Shown here: positions 56,035-64,000 of the stretch, one piece after another
Position numbering within the stretch: the first letter of the stretch is position 1
Layout: each line of letters opens with the position of its first letter
Source of the DNA: Planctomycetota bacterium
GTDB taxonomy: Bacteria; Planctomycetota; SZUA-567; H5-PLA8
DNA: 64,000 bases
Assembly: GCA_026184295.1 (NCBI GenBank)
Contig: JAHCJK010000003.1
Coordinates: 14,226-78,225 of the forward strand
Direction: 5' to 3'
Translations under genes and position numbers: made by a program
Notes under the pieces: model-generated
Databases searched by the model: none
What the model saw: the letters and a program-made list of their open reading frames with translations, nothing else
Told to the model about the DNA's origin: nothing

Positions 56035-57132
56035 ATGGCCACCAAGAGCCCTCCCGCGGGTCCCGGTCTTTCGGATGTGGCGGCGGCCGCCAAGGTCAGC
56101 ATTGCGACGGTCTCGCGCGTGCTCACCGGCAAGGCGAACGTCGCCGAAGAAGCGCGCATGCGCGTGCTCGAAGCCGTGCGGCGCCTGAACTACAAGCCGC
56201 TCCGCCGGCCCAAGCAGAGCCTCCAGGCGCGGCAGACACCCGACGGCGTGAAGCCGACGATCGCGTACCTCTGCCACGACGAGTACCAGACCGGCCTGGT
56301 CAAGTGGGGCTCGGCCTTTGCCGCGGCCACGCGCCGTCTTCAGGAAGCGGGCTGCCGGCTGATCATGCACTTTCTGCCCGGGCGCAAGGGCGACGCGCCC
56401 ATCGACCCCAACGCCACGCGCCTGCCCGAACAGTTCAGCGCGCTGATCGCGGTGGACCGCGGCGACGCCAACTGGGTGCGCCTGGTCACCAGTTCCGGGC
56501 ATCCGGCCGTGCGCATCGGGTATTACCCGCTCAACCTGGCCATCCCGCAGCTTGTGGGCGACACCTTTAACGGCAGCCTGCGCCTGATGGAGCATCTGAT
56601 CAACAAGGGCCACCGCCGCATCGGTATCTGGCGCGTGCACGCCGAGAACGCCACCGGCGAAGGCAAGCGCGCGCAGAACGAACGCGACAAGTACGCCGCC
56701 TACCGCTACGCGCTCGATGAGGCCGGCATCGAATACAACAAGAGCTGGGAAGTGGACATGCCCTTCGAATGGCGCCAGGTCCCCGAGCGCGCCAAGCAAT
56801 TGCTCGCGGCCAAGCCCGCGCCGACGGCGCTCTTCATCGACAACGACTGGGTCACCGCGCGCATCCAGGCGATGAACGGGAACACCGACGGCCTCCCGCC
56901 GGACTGGTTCCGCCAGTTCGAGATCGCGCACTTTATCGACATGGGCAAGGACCCGGCGGAGTACGGCCTGGCCTGCGCCGCGCTGGCGATGGACCGCATG
57001 GGCGAACTCGGCGCCGGCCTGCTGCTCGAACAGCTCAGCGGCCATCGCTTCGGCCCCGACTACCTGCTCCGCGTCAACCCGTACTTCTTCACCGCCGAGC
57101 AGGTGATCGAGAGTTCCAAGCGGCTCGTCTAG
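56035..57132 (+). CDS. LacI-family transcriptional regulator
   Basis: An N-terminal HTH (LSDVAAAAKVSIATVSRVL) is followed by a periplasmic-binding-protein-like sugar-binding domain. Confidence 0.9.
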   Translation: MATKSPPAGPGLSDVAAAAKVSIATVSRVLTGKANVAEEARMRVLEAVRRLNYKPLRRPKQSLQARQTPDGVKPTIAYLCHDEYQTGLVKWGSAFAAATRRLQEAGCRLIMHFLPGRKGDAPIDPNATRLPEQFSALIAVDRGDANWVRLVTSSGHPAVRIGYYPLNLAIPQLVGDTFNGSLRLMEHLINKGHRRIGIWRVHAENATGEGKRAQNERDKYAAYRYALDEAGIEYNKSWEVDMPFEWRQVPERAKQLLAAKPAPTALFIDNDWVTARIQAMNGNTDGLPPDWFRQFEIAHFIDMGKDPAEYGLACAALAMDRMGELGAGLLLEQLSGHRFGPDYLLRVNPYFFTAEQVIESSKRLV

Positions 57133-57135
57133 CCG

Positions 57136-59790
57136 TCAGCGCTGCACGACGCTGTACAGCGCGTCGGCCGGCAGTGCGATGCGCAGCGCGGAGCCTTCCG
57201 ACTTCAGGTCCTCCTTGCGCAGCGCGTAGCCATTCGCGTCGAGCACCGTCAGCGTCGCCGCGCCGCCGAAGCCCTTCAGCGTCACCGCCGCGTCCACCTT
57301 GCGCAGATTGATCGGCGTCGTGCCGGGATTCGTGACCCTGCTGGGGCCCTTCTTTTCGCTGTACGCAAAGCCGTAGTTCTTTTCCTCGGTAAACGCCTGA
57401 ATCAGAATCTTCTTGGAGGCCGCCAGCGGCTCGCCGTCGAGACTGATCACCTGGATCGCCCCGTACTCGTTCTTCGCTTCGATGACGACGTCGCCGAGGT
57501 CGATCTTCCCGGCATCGCTTAGAAAGCCCGCCGCCGCCTGGCTGCGCTTGGTGTTGACGGTAAAGAACCCGCGGCCGTAATCGAGCATCGCTTCGCCCGT
57601 CGCGCTCTTCACGATCTTCTTCGCGTGGTCGATGTACTTCGACAGGTCCAGGCTGCTGGACGCGCCGGGGTCCTTGGCGGTCGTGCGGGTAACCCGTCCG
57701 ACGTAGCTGGCCAGCGGATCAAGGCTCGAGGGCGCTTCGGTTGCGTTGGCACGCGCAGCCTGGTCGTCGTTGTGCCCCAGGCTCGCGCAGCCCTTCAGCG
57801 CGAACTGGTCGGCGAGCGTCAGCGCCTGGTGCACGGCCACCGGGCCTTCGGCCACGTCCCCGCGGCGGTACTGCAGCGCGGCGGCGGGGAACTGCCCCAG
57901 CACGCCGGGCACGATGACCGGGATGTTCGAGGAGATGTTGTTCAGCCAGTACGAACTCCCGATGCAGAAGAAGTAGTAGGCGTCCATCCCCTGCAGCGAG
58001 CCATAGGTGCTGCAAAGCAGCGGCATCTCGGCGCAGTAGCGGTTCGGCTTCATCCAGTTGATCTCGGTGATCGTGTGCGGATAGCCCTCTTCCTGCACGA
58101 ACGGGATCGGCGTGGAAGCCGGGTCGCGCAGGGCGCTCTTGTTCTGGAAGGCCGCGTCGGCGCCGACATCGCCCGAGCCGAAGTAGCCGTGGCGGTCGAT
58201 CACGTCACAGGCGGTGTAGGTGTACCGCTCCAGCGCGTCGAGCAGGCGGTTGTCGGCCGTCGTCCAGCCGGTCGCGATGGTCAGGCCGCCGTAGCCGAGG
58301 TCTTTCTTGAAGTACGCGTGGGTGTCTTCGAAAAACTTCCGCTGCACCTCGACGAGAAATTCCACCTGCTCCTGCATGCGCTTCTTCTTGTCTTCGCCGT
58401 ACTTCAACGCGCCGTCGGAGGACATGTTCCACGCGTTCATCAGTTCCGCGCGCCCTTCGGCCGCGTTGTCGCGCTTGTTCTTCTGGCTCGGCCACTGGGC
58501 CAAGGCCTTTTCCAGCGAGCCGTATTTCGCGGCCAGCCACGCGCCGAAGCGCTTCTCGAACGGGCCGATCAGGCTCTCATGCATCTTGTCCGGCGCGAAG
58601 GTGTGGAAGAGCAGGTTGTCCTCGTTGTTCACCTCCACGATTGCGACGGCGGGTTCCTTCGCCAGCGGCACGCCGGTGTACGGATTCTTGGTCGTCAGCA
58701 GCGCCTTGGCCCAGCCGCGGTAGATCTCCTGCATGCGCGGCGACATGAAGAGCACGCCGTACGCCCCGCCCGCGCCGTCGCCGTTGTCGAGACCTTCGTA
58801 GCCTTCGATGCCGTGGCTCTTCTTGGGATTGAAGCCGCGCGAGTAATAAAAGGAGAGGTCCGTGTAGATGCCCTGCTTCTTCAGCGCCGCGATGAAGTAG
58901 AAGAGCCCGTCGAGGTACTTCTCGTCGATCTTGGCCGGATCGGGCTGGCGGTCGTCGAAGACGTTCTGATGGAAGCGCACGAGATTCACGCCCACCTTGG
59001 CCAGGCGCGCGCACAGGTAATCGACGGCCTCGCGGCTTTGCAGCACCGTCGTGCTGGTGCAGTTCACGGCCCAGAACTTGACCGGCTTGCCGCTGCCGAG
59101 CACAAAGTTGTTGCCCTGCGCCTTCACGAAGCCCGCTTCGCCGGCGGTCTTCTCGTTCAGGTGGCGCAGGTCCAGCAGCGCGCCGGGGGCAAGCGGGTCG
59201 ATCTCGGGCTCGAAGGCCCACCAGCCGGGCTCCGCGAGCCCGCTCTTCTCGCCCGGCTTCTGCTTGCCGGCCGGCGTGAACGGCTTCGACGTGAGCACGA
59301 AGCAATCGAAGCAGGCGACGACGCCTTCGCCCTCCTTCGCGAGGAGTTTCAGTTCGAAGCGGTGCTTGCCCTTGGCGAGTTTCACGCGCCCGAGTTCGAC
59401 CCAGTTGGCGCAGAGGAACTTCTGGAGTTCGTAGCTGTCGGCGAGCGCGCAGTCCTTCCCGCAGGTGGACCACGCTCCGTCGTCGAAGCGCCAGGTGACC
59501 GGCCCGTGCTTCCAGAACTTCCGCACCCAGAAACCGTATTCGCGGTCCTCGGGCACCTCGATCTCGTACTTCGCGAAGACGCCTTCGGCCGGGCACTTGC
59601 CGCCGGTGCTCAGCCAGTTCTCGCCGCTCAGCGCCGACTTCCGCTGAAGCGACGCGGCCGCGAAGTCCTTCATGTTGAAGTTGTGCTCGCGCGCGGACTC
59701 GCCTTCCCACCAGACGTAGTCCTGCGCGCACGCGGCCGCGCCCAGCACGGCCAGCAATCCGGTTATCAGCATCCTTCGCATGGCATTCAC
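57136..59790 (-). CDS. secreted glycoside hydrolase (TIM-barrel clan GH-A-like) with N-terminal CBM-like domain shared with the GH2 giant (884 aa)
   Basis: Signal peptide MNAMRRMLITGLLAVLGAAACA. The N-terminal domain (YVWWEGES…HRFELKL) is homologous to that of the 33172-38247 protein. A VEVNNE region suggests a retaining TIM-barrel hydrolase. Confidence 0.8.
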   Translation of the reverse strand: MNAMRRMLITGLLAVLGAAACAQDYVWWEGESAREHNFNMKDFAAASLQRKSALSGENWLSTGGKCPAEGVFAKYEIEVPEDREYGFWVRKFWKHGPVTWRFDDGAWSTCGKDCALADSYELQKFLCANWVELGRVKLAKGKHRFELKLLAKEGEGVVACFDCFVLTSKPFTPAGKQKPGEKSGLAEPGWWAFEPEIDPLAPGALLDLRHLNEKTAGEAGFVKAQGNNFVLGSGKPVKFWAVNCTSTTVLQSREAVDYLCARLAKVGVNLVRFHQNVFDDRQPDPAKIDEKYLDGLFYFIAALKKQGIYTDLSFYYSRGFNPKKSHGIEGYEGLDNGDGAGGAYGVLFMSPRMQEIYRGWAKALLTTKNPYTGVPLAKEPAVAIVEVNNEDNLLFHTFAPDKMHESLIGPFEKRFGAWLAAKYGSLEKALAQWPSQKNKRDNAAEGRAELMNAWNMSSDGALKYGEDKKKRMQEQVEFLVEVQRKFFEDTHAYFKKDLGYGGLTIATGWTTADNRLLDALERYTYTACDVIDRHGYFGSGDVGADAAFQNKSALRDPASTPIPFVQEEGYPHTITEINWMKPNRYCAEMPLLCSTYGSLQGMDAYYFFCIGSSYWLNNISSNIPVIVPGVLGQFPAAALQYRRGDVAEGPVAVHQALTLADQFALKGCASLGHNDDQAARANATEAPSSLDPLASYVGRVTRTTAKDPGASSSLDLSKYIDHAKKIVKSATGEAMLDYGRGFFTVNTKRSQAAAGFLSDAGKIDLGDVVIEAKNEYGAIQVISLDGEPLAASKKILIQAFTEEKNYGFAYSEKKGPSRVTNPGTTPINLRKVDAAVTLKGFGGAATLTVLDANGYALRKEDLKSEGSALRIALPADALYSVVQR

Positions 59791-59801
59791 CCCTCCCCTT
59801 G

Positions 59802-60875
59802 CTAAAGCGCGCGGCGCTCCCGAGGCGCGGCGGTGCTTTCCTTGACGATCAGTTGCGCGGCTACTTGCTCGCGATGGCGGCGCAGGTCCAGCGTCGTGCG
59901 GCGTCCGGCGGCCAGTTCGACGGCCAAGTCCGCGGCGCGCCGGCCGATCTGCCCCAGCATCAGGCTCACGGTCGTCATCGGCGGCACGGCCAGGTCCGCG
60001 TGGATGTCGTCGAAGCCGATCACCGAGAGGTCGCGCGGCACGCGCAGGCCGGCCTCGTGCAGCGCGGCGTAGATGCCCAAGCCCATCAGCTCGTTATAGG
60101 CGATCACCGCCGTCGCGTTCAGCCCCGCGCGTATCTTCTCCGCGAACATTTCCTTGCTGCGGCGGATGAACGCGGGCGTGGAGCCCGAGGATTCGGCGGA
60201 GGTCCAACGGAAGTGTTCCACCTTCCCGCGAATACCGGACGCTTGGGCGCAGCGTTCGAAGGCTTCGCGCCGCTCCGGCGCGACCTCCTGTCCGTTCTTC
60301 TCGACGAAGCCGAGCCAGAGGATTTCGCGGTGGCCCAGGTCCACCAGATGCTTCACGGCCTCCGCGATGCCGGGCGCAGGATCGAGTCCCACCACCGGCA
60401 GGTGCGTCGGCTTGTAGTATTCGGCGAGCACGATGGGCGCCTGGAGTTCGTGAAGCGCTTCCGACGCGCGCACCGAATAGATGAAGCCCGGCGCGACGAG
60501 CGCGTCGATGCGCCCTTCCTTCAAGTATTGCAGGCCGCGCTCGAGTTCGTTCATCTCGCCCGTGGGCCCGATGACGAGAAAGTCGTAGCCGTGCGCGCGC
60601 GCCTGGTCGGCCACGCCGCCGATCGTCCGCGCCCAGAAGCCGCCGATCACGTCGCTCTCGGAAGCGTGCAGCACAAAGCCAAGGGCCTGCGCCTTGCCGC
60701 GCAGCAGCGACCGCGCGTGGTAGTTAGGGCGGTACTTCAGGCGTTCGGCCGCGTGACGCACCAGGTCCGCGCGCTGCGGGCTGATGCGGTCGGCCTCCAC
60801 GCCCCCACCCAACACCTTGCTGGCGGTGGAGATGCTGACCCCGGCGAGCTTCGCGACTTCGGTAAGGGTGGCCAT
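59802..60875 (-). CDS. LacI-family transcriptional regulator
   Basis: HTH MATLTEVAKLAGVSISTASKVL plus a sugar-binding domain. Confidence 0.9.
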   Translation of the reverse strand: MATLTEVAKLAGVSISTASKVLGGGVEADRISPQRADLVRHAAERLKYRPNYHARSLLRGKAQALGFVLHASESDVIGGFWARTIGGVADQARAHGYDFLVIGPTGEMNELERGLQYLKEGRIDALVAPGFIYSVRASEALHELQAPIVLAEYYKPTHLPVVGLDPAPGIAEAVKHLVDLGHREILWLGFVEKNGQEVAPERREAFERCAQASGIRGKVEHFRWTSAESSGSTPAFIRRSKEMFAEKIRAGLNATAVIAYNELMGLGIYAALHEAGLRVPRDLSVIGFDDIHADLAVPPMTTVSLMLGQIGRRAADLAVELAAGRRTTLDLRRHREQVAAQLIVKESTAAPRERRAL

Positions 60876-60903
60876 GGTTACCTAATTTATATCTATTTTA
60901 ACC

Positions 60904-60925
60904 ATAGCGAAAACCTTTTCGCTAT
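60904..60925. promoter_or_regulatory. perfect palindrome ATAGCGAAAA-CC-TTTTCGCTAT: candidate LacI-family operator (autoregulatory)
   Basis: 10-bp arms with a 2-bp spacer, about 30 bp upstream of the LacI-family start codon at 60875. Confidence 0.55.
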
Positions 60926-60999
60926 CTGAACAAGATACACCACGCCGGCGGCCTAGGGATTCAAATTCTATAATTTTAGCGGAGCCCGCCCCGCGCTCC

Positions 61000-61917
61000 T
61001 TATAAGGAGGCTTCCGCGGCCAACCAGCGTTCGACCGTGGTGACGCGTTTGCGCCGGTGCAGTTCCACGTGCTCCCGGTACCGGCCGGCGTCGCGGTCCG
61101 TCCCGTTTTCGCGGTCGAGGTAAAGCGGGAAGTCTTCGAGCGGCGGCTTGGTGTTCGTGTACGGATGCCCGTAGCTGCGCATCAGGATGCGGCGCTCCCG
61201 CGTCAGCGTCTTCAACCACTCGGGGTTGGACGTGTAGCGGTCTTCGGCCACGACCCACGACGGCGCGTACGAATAGAAGACGTTCTTGCGCACGCGCTCG
61301 CTCTCGTTGGGTTCGACGCGGTGCCACGTGTTGCAGTGCATCAAGGTCATCGTGCCGCGCCTGACGCAGACGACCTGTTCGCCCGGCACCGAATCATGCG
61401 TGTCGTAGTGCTCGAAGTACTGCGTGCGATGGCTCCCCGGCATCACCACCAGGTTGCCCATGCGCGGCTCCGGCAGGTCCGTCAGCCAGTAGCTGACCTT
61501 GAGCTGCATCGGCAGGCGCGGCGAAAAGACGCCGAACGGCAGCGCCCGCGCGCCGTCGGGATGCCAGAGATTGTGCCAGCTCTTCGTCGGCCGGATCATG
61601 CACTGCGAAAGATGCAGCTTGGTAAGTTCGCCGTAGACGTCCCAGACGAAGCCGATGTGTTTGGGGTGGTCGATCAGTTCCGCGAAGGCCGGGTCGCGCT
61701 CGACCACGTTCTGCGGCGAATAGAACTTGGTGGCATCGTACTTGGGATCGTTCGCGGCCGTGCGATCGATGGCCTCGGCGTAGCGGCCGATCTCGTCCTG
61801 CGAAAGCGCGTCTTCGACGACCAGGAACCCGTCGCGTTCGAAACGGTCCCACTGTTCGCGCGTAAAGCCCGGCGGCGCCTTGCGCGCGCCGGTTGCAGCG
61901 CCTTCCGTCCGATCCAT
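61000..61917 (-). CDS. phytanoyl-CoA dioxygenase (PhyH) family Fe(II)/2OG oxygenase
   Basis: Length and fold motifs match PhyH-like proteins, with a His/Asp…His arrangement (WHPDGA … HRVEPN). The start is taken at the ATG of MDRTEG. Confidence 0.75.
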   Translation of the reverse strand: MDRTEGAATGARKAPPGFTREQWDRFERDGFLVVEDALSQDEIGRYAEAIDRTAANDPKYDATKFYSPQNVVERDPAFAELIDHPKHIGFVWDVYGELTKLHLSQCMIRPTKSWHNLWHPDGARALPFGVFSPRLPMQLKVSYWLTDLPEPRMGNLVVMPGSHRTQYFEHYDTHDSVPGEQVVCVRRGTMTLMHCNTWHRVEPNESERVRKNVFYSYAPSWVVAEDRYTSNPEWLKTLTRERRILMRSYGHPYTNTKPPLEDFPLYLDRENGTDRDAGRYREHVELHRRKRVTTVERWLAAEASL

Positions 61918-61976
61918 GGCCGTGCCCCCCGGACCCGGAGGCATCCTACCACACGGCCATGGAAGAAAAACCCGCG

Positions 61977-62933
61977 CTAGCCGATCTTCACGACCGCGTT
62001 CTTGGCGGAGCTTTCGAAGATCGCCTCCGCGACGGTCATCACTTCAAGGCCCCAGTTGACGTCGGCGGCGAGGGCCGCGCCCTTTTCGATGCCGTCGAGG
62101 AAGTTGCCGCGCAGGTCGAAGCCCGCGTCGAGCGTCACCTCCTCGCGGTTCTTGCCCAGTTCGGCGAAGTAGAGCTTGGAGCCCCATTCGTCGGTGGTCG
62201 CGCCGCCGCGCGTGCCGTGCATCCCGCGGTAGTACGCCGCCGCGGCCGAGAGCCAGCTTCCTTCGTGCTGGCCGACCGCGCCTTCCTTGAAGTTGAGCGT
62301 GAACCAGACGTGGTCGTTCGAACGCGGGCCGGGCTTGTCGCTGACGAGCCGCGCGAACACCGAGTCCACCTTGCCGCCCAGCGCCATCATCCACTCGAGT
62401 TCGTGGACGTTGATCTCCAGCAGCAGGCCGCCGGACTTCGTGTGGTCCTTGCGCCAGCCGGGCAGCTTGGAAGGATCGAGGTACGCGAGGCGCCGCGACC
62501 AGACCGAGAGCACCTGGCCGAAGCGGCCTTCGCGGCGGTAGCGGTCCATCGTCTGGATGGACGGCGAGGAGCGCACGGAAAAGCCGACGGCCGACTTCAC
62601 GCCCGCCGCGTTCACCGCCGCGGCGATCTCCTGCGCTTCGGTGGCCGAAAGCCCCATCGGCTTCTCGCAGTAGACGTGCTTGCCGGCCTTCGCGCAGGCG
62701 ATGGCGTGTTCCTTGTGCAGGAAGTTCGGCGAGGAGACGACCACGGCATCCACGTCGCCGAGGAACTCGCGGTAGTCCGGCACGGCCTTCGCGCCGCAAT
62801 CCTGCGCCAGCTTGCCGCCGGCTTCCTGGTTGGGATCCGCGACGGCGACGATCTTCACGCGCGGGTTTTCCTTGTAGTACTTGGCATGGCCGGTTGCGTT
62901 CGGCCCGGCGCCGATCAGTCCGATGCGAATCAT
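61977..62933 (-). CDS. Gfo/Idh/MocA-family NAD(P)-dependent oxidoreductase
   Basis: N-terminal Rossmann motif MIRIGLIGAGPNATGHA, consensus EKP in HVYCEKP, and a C-terminal alpha/beta domain. Confidence 0.85.
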   Translation of the reverse strand: MIRIGLIGAGPNATGHAKYYKENPRVKIVAVADPNQEAGGKLAQDCGAKAVPDYREFLGDVDAVVVSSPNFLHKEHAIACAKAGKHVYCEKPMGLSATEAQEIAAAVNAAGVKSAVGFSVRSSPSIQTMDRYRREGRFGQVLSVWSRRLAYLDPSKLPGWRKDHTKSGGLLLEINVHELEWMMALGGKVDSVFARLVSDKPGPRSNDHVWFTLNFKEGAVGQHEGSWLSAAAAYYRGMHGTRGGATTDEWGSKLYFAELGKNREEVTLDAGFDLRGNFLDGIEKGAALAADVNWGLEVMTVAEAIFESSAKNAVVKIG

Positions 62934-62976
62934 GGAAGTTCCTTTCGTCAGGTTTTTTCGAATGCGCCGCGGCGTC

Positions 62977-63765
62977 TTACGCCGTCTTCAGGATCGAATC
63001 GAGAAAGCGCTTGCTGATCTTCGCCGACTCGACGGGCGGCATCGGCGTGTTGTCGCGCTCCACCACGATCCAGCCGGGGAAGCCGATCTCTTCCATCGCC
63101 GCGAAGAACGCGGGGAAGTCGAGCCCTGCCTTGCCTTCGCCGAGTTCCGCGAAGGCGTTCTTCTCCGGATCCCAGTCCTTCAGGTGGACATGGATGATCT
63201 TTTTCGGATACTTGCGCGCGAGCGCGATGGGATCGCTGCGCACGGCGGCCAGGTGCCCGGTGTCGATGGTCAGCTTCAGGTTCGGGATGTACTTCAGCAG
63301 GCGGTCCACTTCCTCGTTGGTCTCGACGATGCAGCCGACGTGCGGATGGTAGGCGATCGTCTGCCCGTTCTTGTCCGCGTATTCCTGCGCGGCGGCGAGG
63401 TTGCTGGCGAAGAGTTCGTAGTCGGAGTCGAAGGTGTTGCGCCGCCCGCCCAGGAAGCCGCCGCAGACCATCAGCGTCTTCATGCCCATCTCGGCGGCGT
63501 AGTCCATCTCGATGCGGTAGCGCTCGGTGTTCGGCGGCCAGGGATTGGCGGTGACGCTGAGCGCCCAGGCGGCCAGTCCCACGCCTTCGTCGGCGAGCTT
63601 CTTCTTCAGCGCGGCCGCGGGACCGTGCGTGTCTTCGGCGCCTCCCAGTTCCGTGGCCGTGTAGCCCGCCGCCTTCAGGTCCGCCAGGAACGAGTCCATC
63701 TGGAACGTCTGGTTCTGCTTCTTGTACCAGCCGCCCCAGGTCATGGAGTGGTGCGCCAGTCGCAT
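62977..63765 (-). CDS. sugar phosphate isomerase/epimerase (xylose-isomerase-like TIM barrel)
   Basis: TIM-barrel AP-endo2 family features. The start is taken at the ATG of MRLAHHSMTWGG. Confidence 0.75.
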   Translation of the reverse strand: MRLAHHSMTWGGWYKKQNQTFQMDSFLADLKAAGYTATELGGAEDTHGPAAALKKKLADEGVGLAAWALSVTANPWPPNTERYRIEMDYAAEMGMKTLMVCGGFLGGRRNTFDSDYELFASNLAAAQEYADKNGQTIAYHPHVGCIVETNEEVDRLLKYIPNLKLTIDTGHLAAVRSDPIALARKYPKKIIHVHLKDWDPEKNAFAELGEGKAGLDFPAFFAAMEEIGFPGWIVVERDNTPMPPVESAKISKRFLDSILKTA

Positions 63766-63773
63766 AGAGCCTC

Positions 63774-64000
63774 CTAGGTTTTCTTCTTCTCCGGTTCGCG
63801 CCACGGGGCCTCGAAGCGGTAGGTGCCCGCTCCGACTTCGAACAGCGCGCAGCCGTTCCGCTGCCCCCTGGCTTTCACGCCCGCCGCGCGCGCGGCGGGA
63901 CTGCGGCCTTCCTTGACATCCTTGGCCGACGCGGCCGGCACGTGCACCGTCGCCGTCGCGTTCGGCGGCACGGTGACGCTCAGCGCCAGCCGGCCCTTCT
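63774..64000 (-). CDS. C-terminal end of a gene extending past the window edge (partial)
   Basis: The reading frame is open from the window end to the stop at 63774. The beta-sandwich-like tail (…GTYRFEAPW…) is consistent with a secreted/GH C-terminal domain. Confidence 0.4.
   Translation of the reverse strand, partial: KGRLALSVTVPPNATATVHVPAASAKDVKEGRSPAARAAGVKARGQRNGCALFEVGAGTYRFEAPWREPEKKKT

Noticed and set aside
57625-63777. ORFs 57625..59805 (+), 59799..60929 (+), 61057..61980 (+), 61893..63017 (+), 62881..63777 (+)
   Set aside because: Antisense to the GH, LacI, PhyH, Gfo/Idh/MocA and TIM-isomerase genes, with low-complexity translations.
1-64000. CRISPR arrays, rRNA genes, prophage, integrase or restriction-modification genes
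   Set aside because: I looked for them and saw no regularly spaced direct repeats, rRNA-like conserved blocks, or integrase/recombinase or methyltransferase motifs. The only repeat families seen are the REP hairpins at 10.6 kb and the MITE-like element at 17.3-17.5 kb.

Overview
This 64 kb window is high-GC (about 65-70% by eye) and densely coding. The gene content (prepilin-type pseudopilins, a DUF1570-like secreted protein, ECF sigma/FecR pairs, many large secreted glycoside hydrolases) suggests a PVC-superphylum bacterium (Planctomycetota or Verrucomicrobiota); this is inference.

First ~17 kb: housekeeping and mixed genes. These are the C-terminus of a Zn-type alcohol dehydrogenase, GTP-dependent PEP carboxykinase, a sigma-70/ECF-like sigma factor, an orphan PTS enzyme I, two TIM-barrel sugar-phosphate isomerase/epimerase-like proteins, and a CobA/HemD fusion. 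A degenerate REP-associated tyrosine transposase (IS200-like) remnant sits there, flanked by nested REP hairpins.

Remaining ~45 kb: a carbohydrate-utilization region. It holds a 1208-aa secreted protein and a CBM9-like/transglutaminase-like protein. It holds a TonB-dependent receptor, DUF4154(YfiR-like), histidine kinase and response regulator module that converges on an ECF sigma/anti-sigma(FecR+LamG-like) set. It holds an SGNH esterase, tRNA-Thr(TGT) and a 1691-aa GH2-like enzyme. The L-rhamnose catabolic operon (DeoR regulator, rhaI, unknown atypical-GC gene, bifunctional rhaD) ends in a ~706-aa polytopic membrane protein of unrecognised family. That protein has a paralog at 11-13 kb. The region also contains a GH78 alpha-L-rhamnosidase, two LacI regulators with palindromic operator candidates, and a second large secreted GH.

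Also present: a five-gene prepilin-like pseudopilin operon (GspG-like through a 917-aa GspK-like tip protein) preceded by a striking AT-rich promoter island, and a MITE-like element with 26-bp perfect terminal inverted repeats. No CRISPR arrays or rRNA genes were seen.

The most interesting candidate is the rhamnose operon, where a large uncharacterised duplicated membrane-protein family replaces any canonical rhamnose transporter.

Many long ORFs lie on the strand opposite real genes. They are high-GC artefacts and were rejected.
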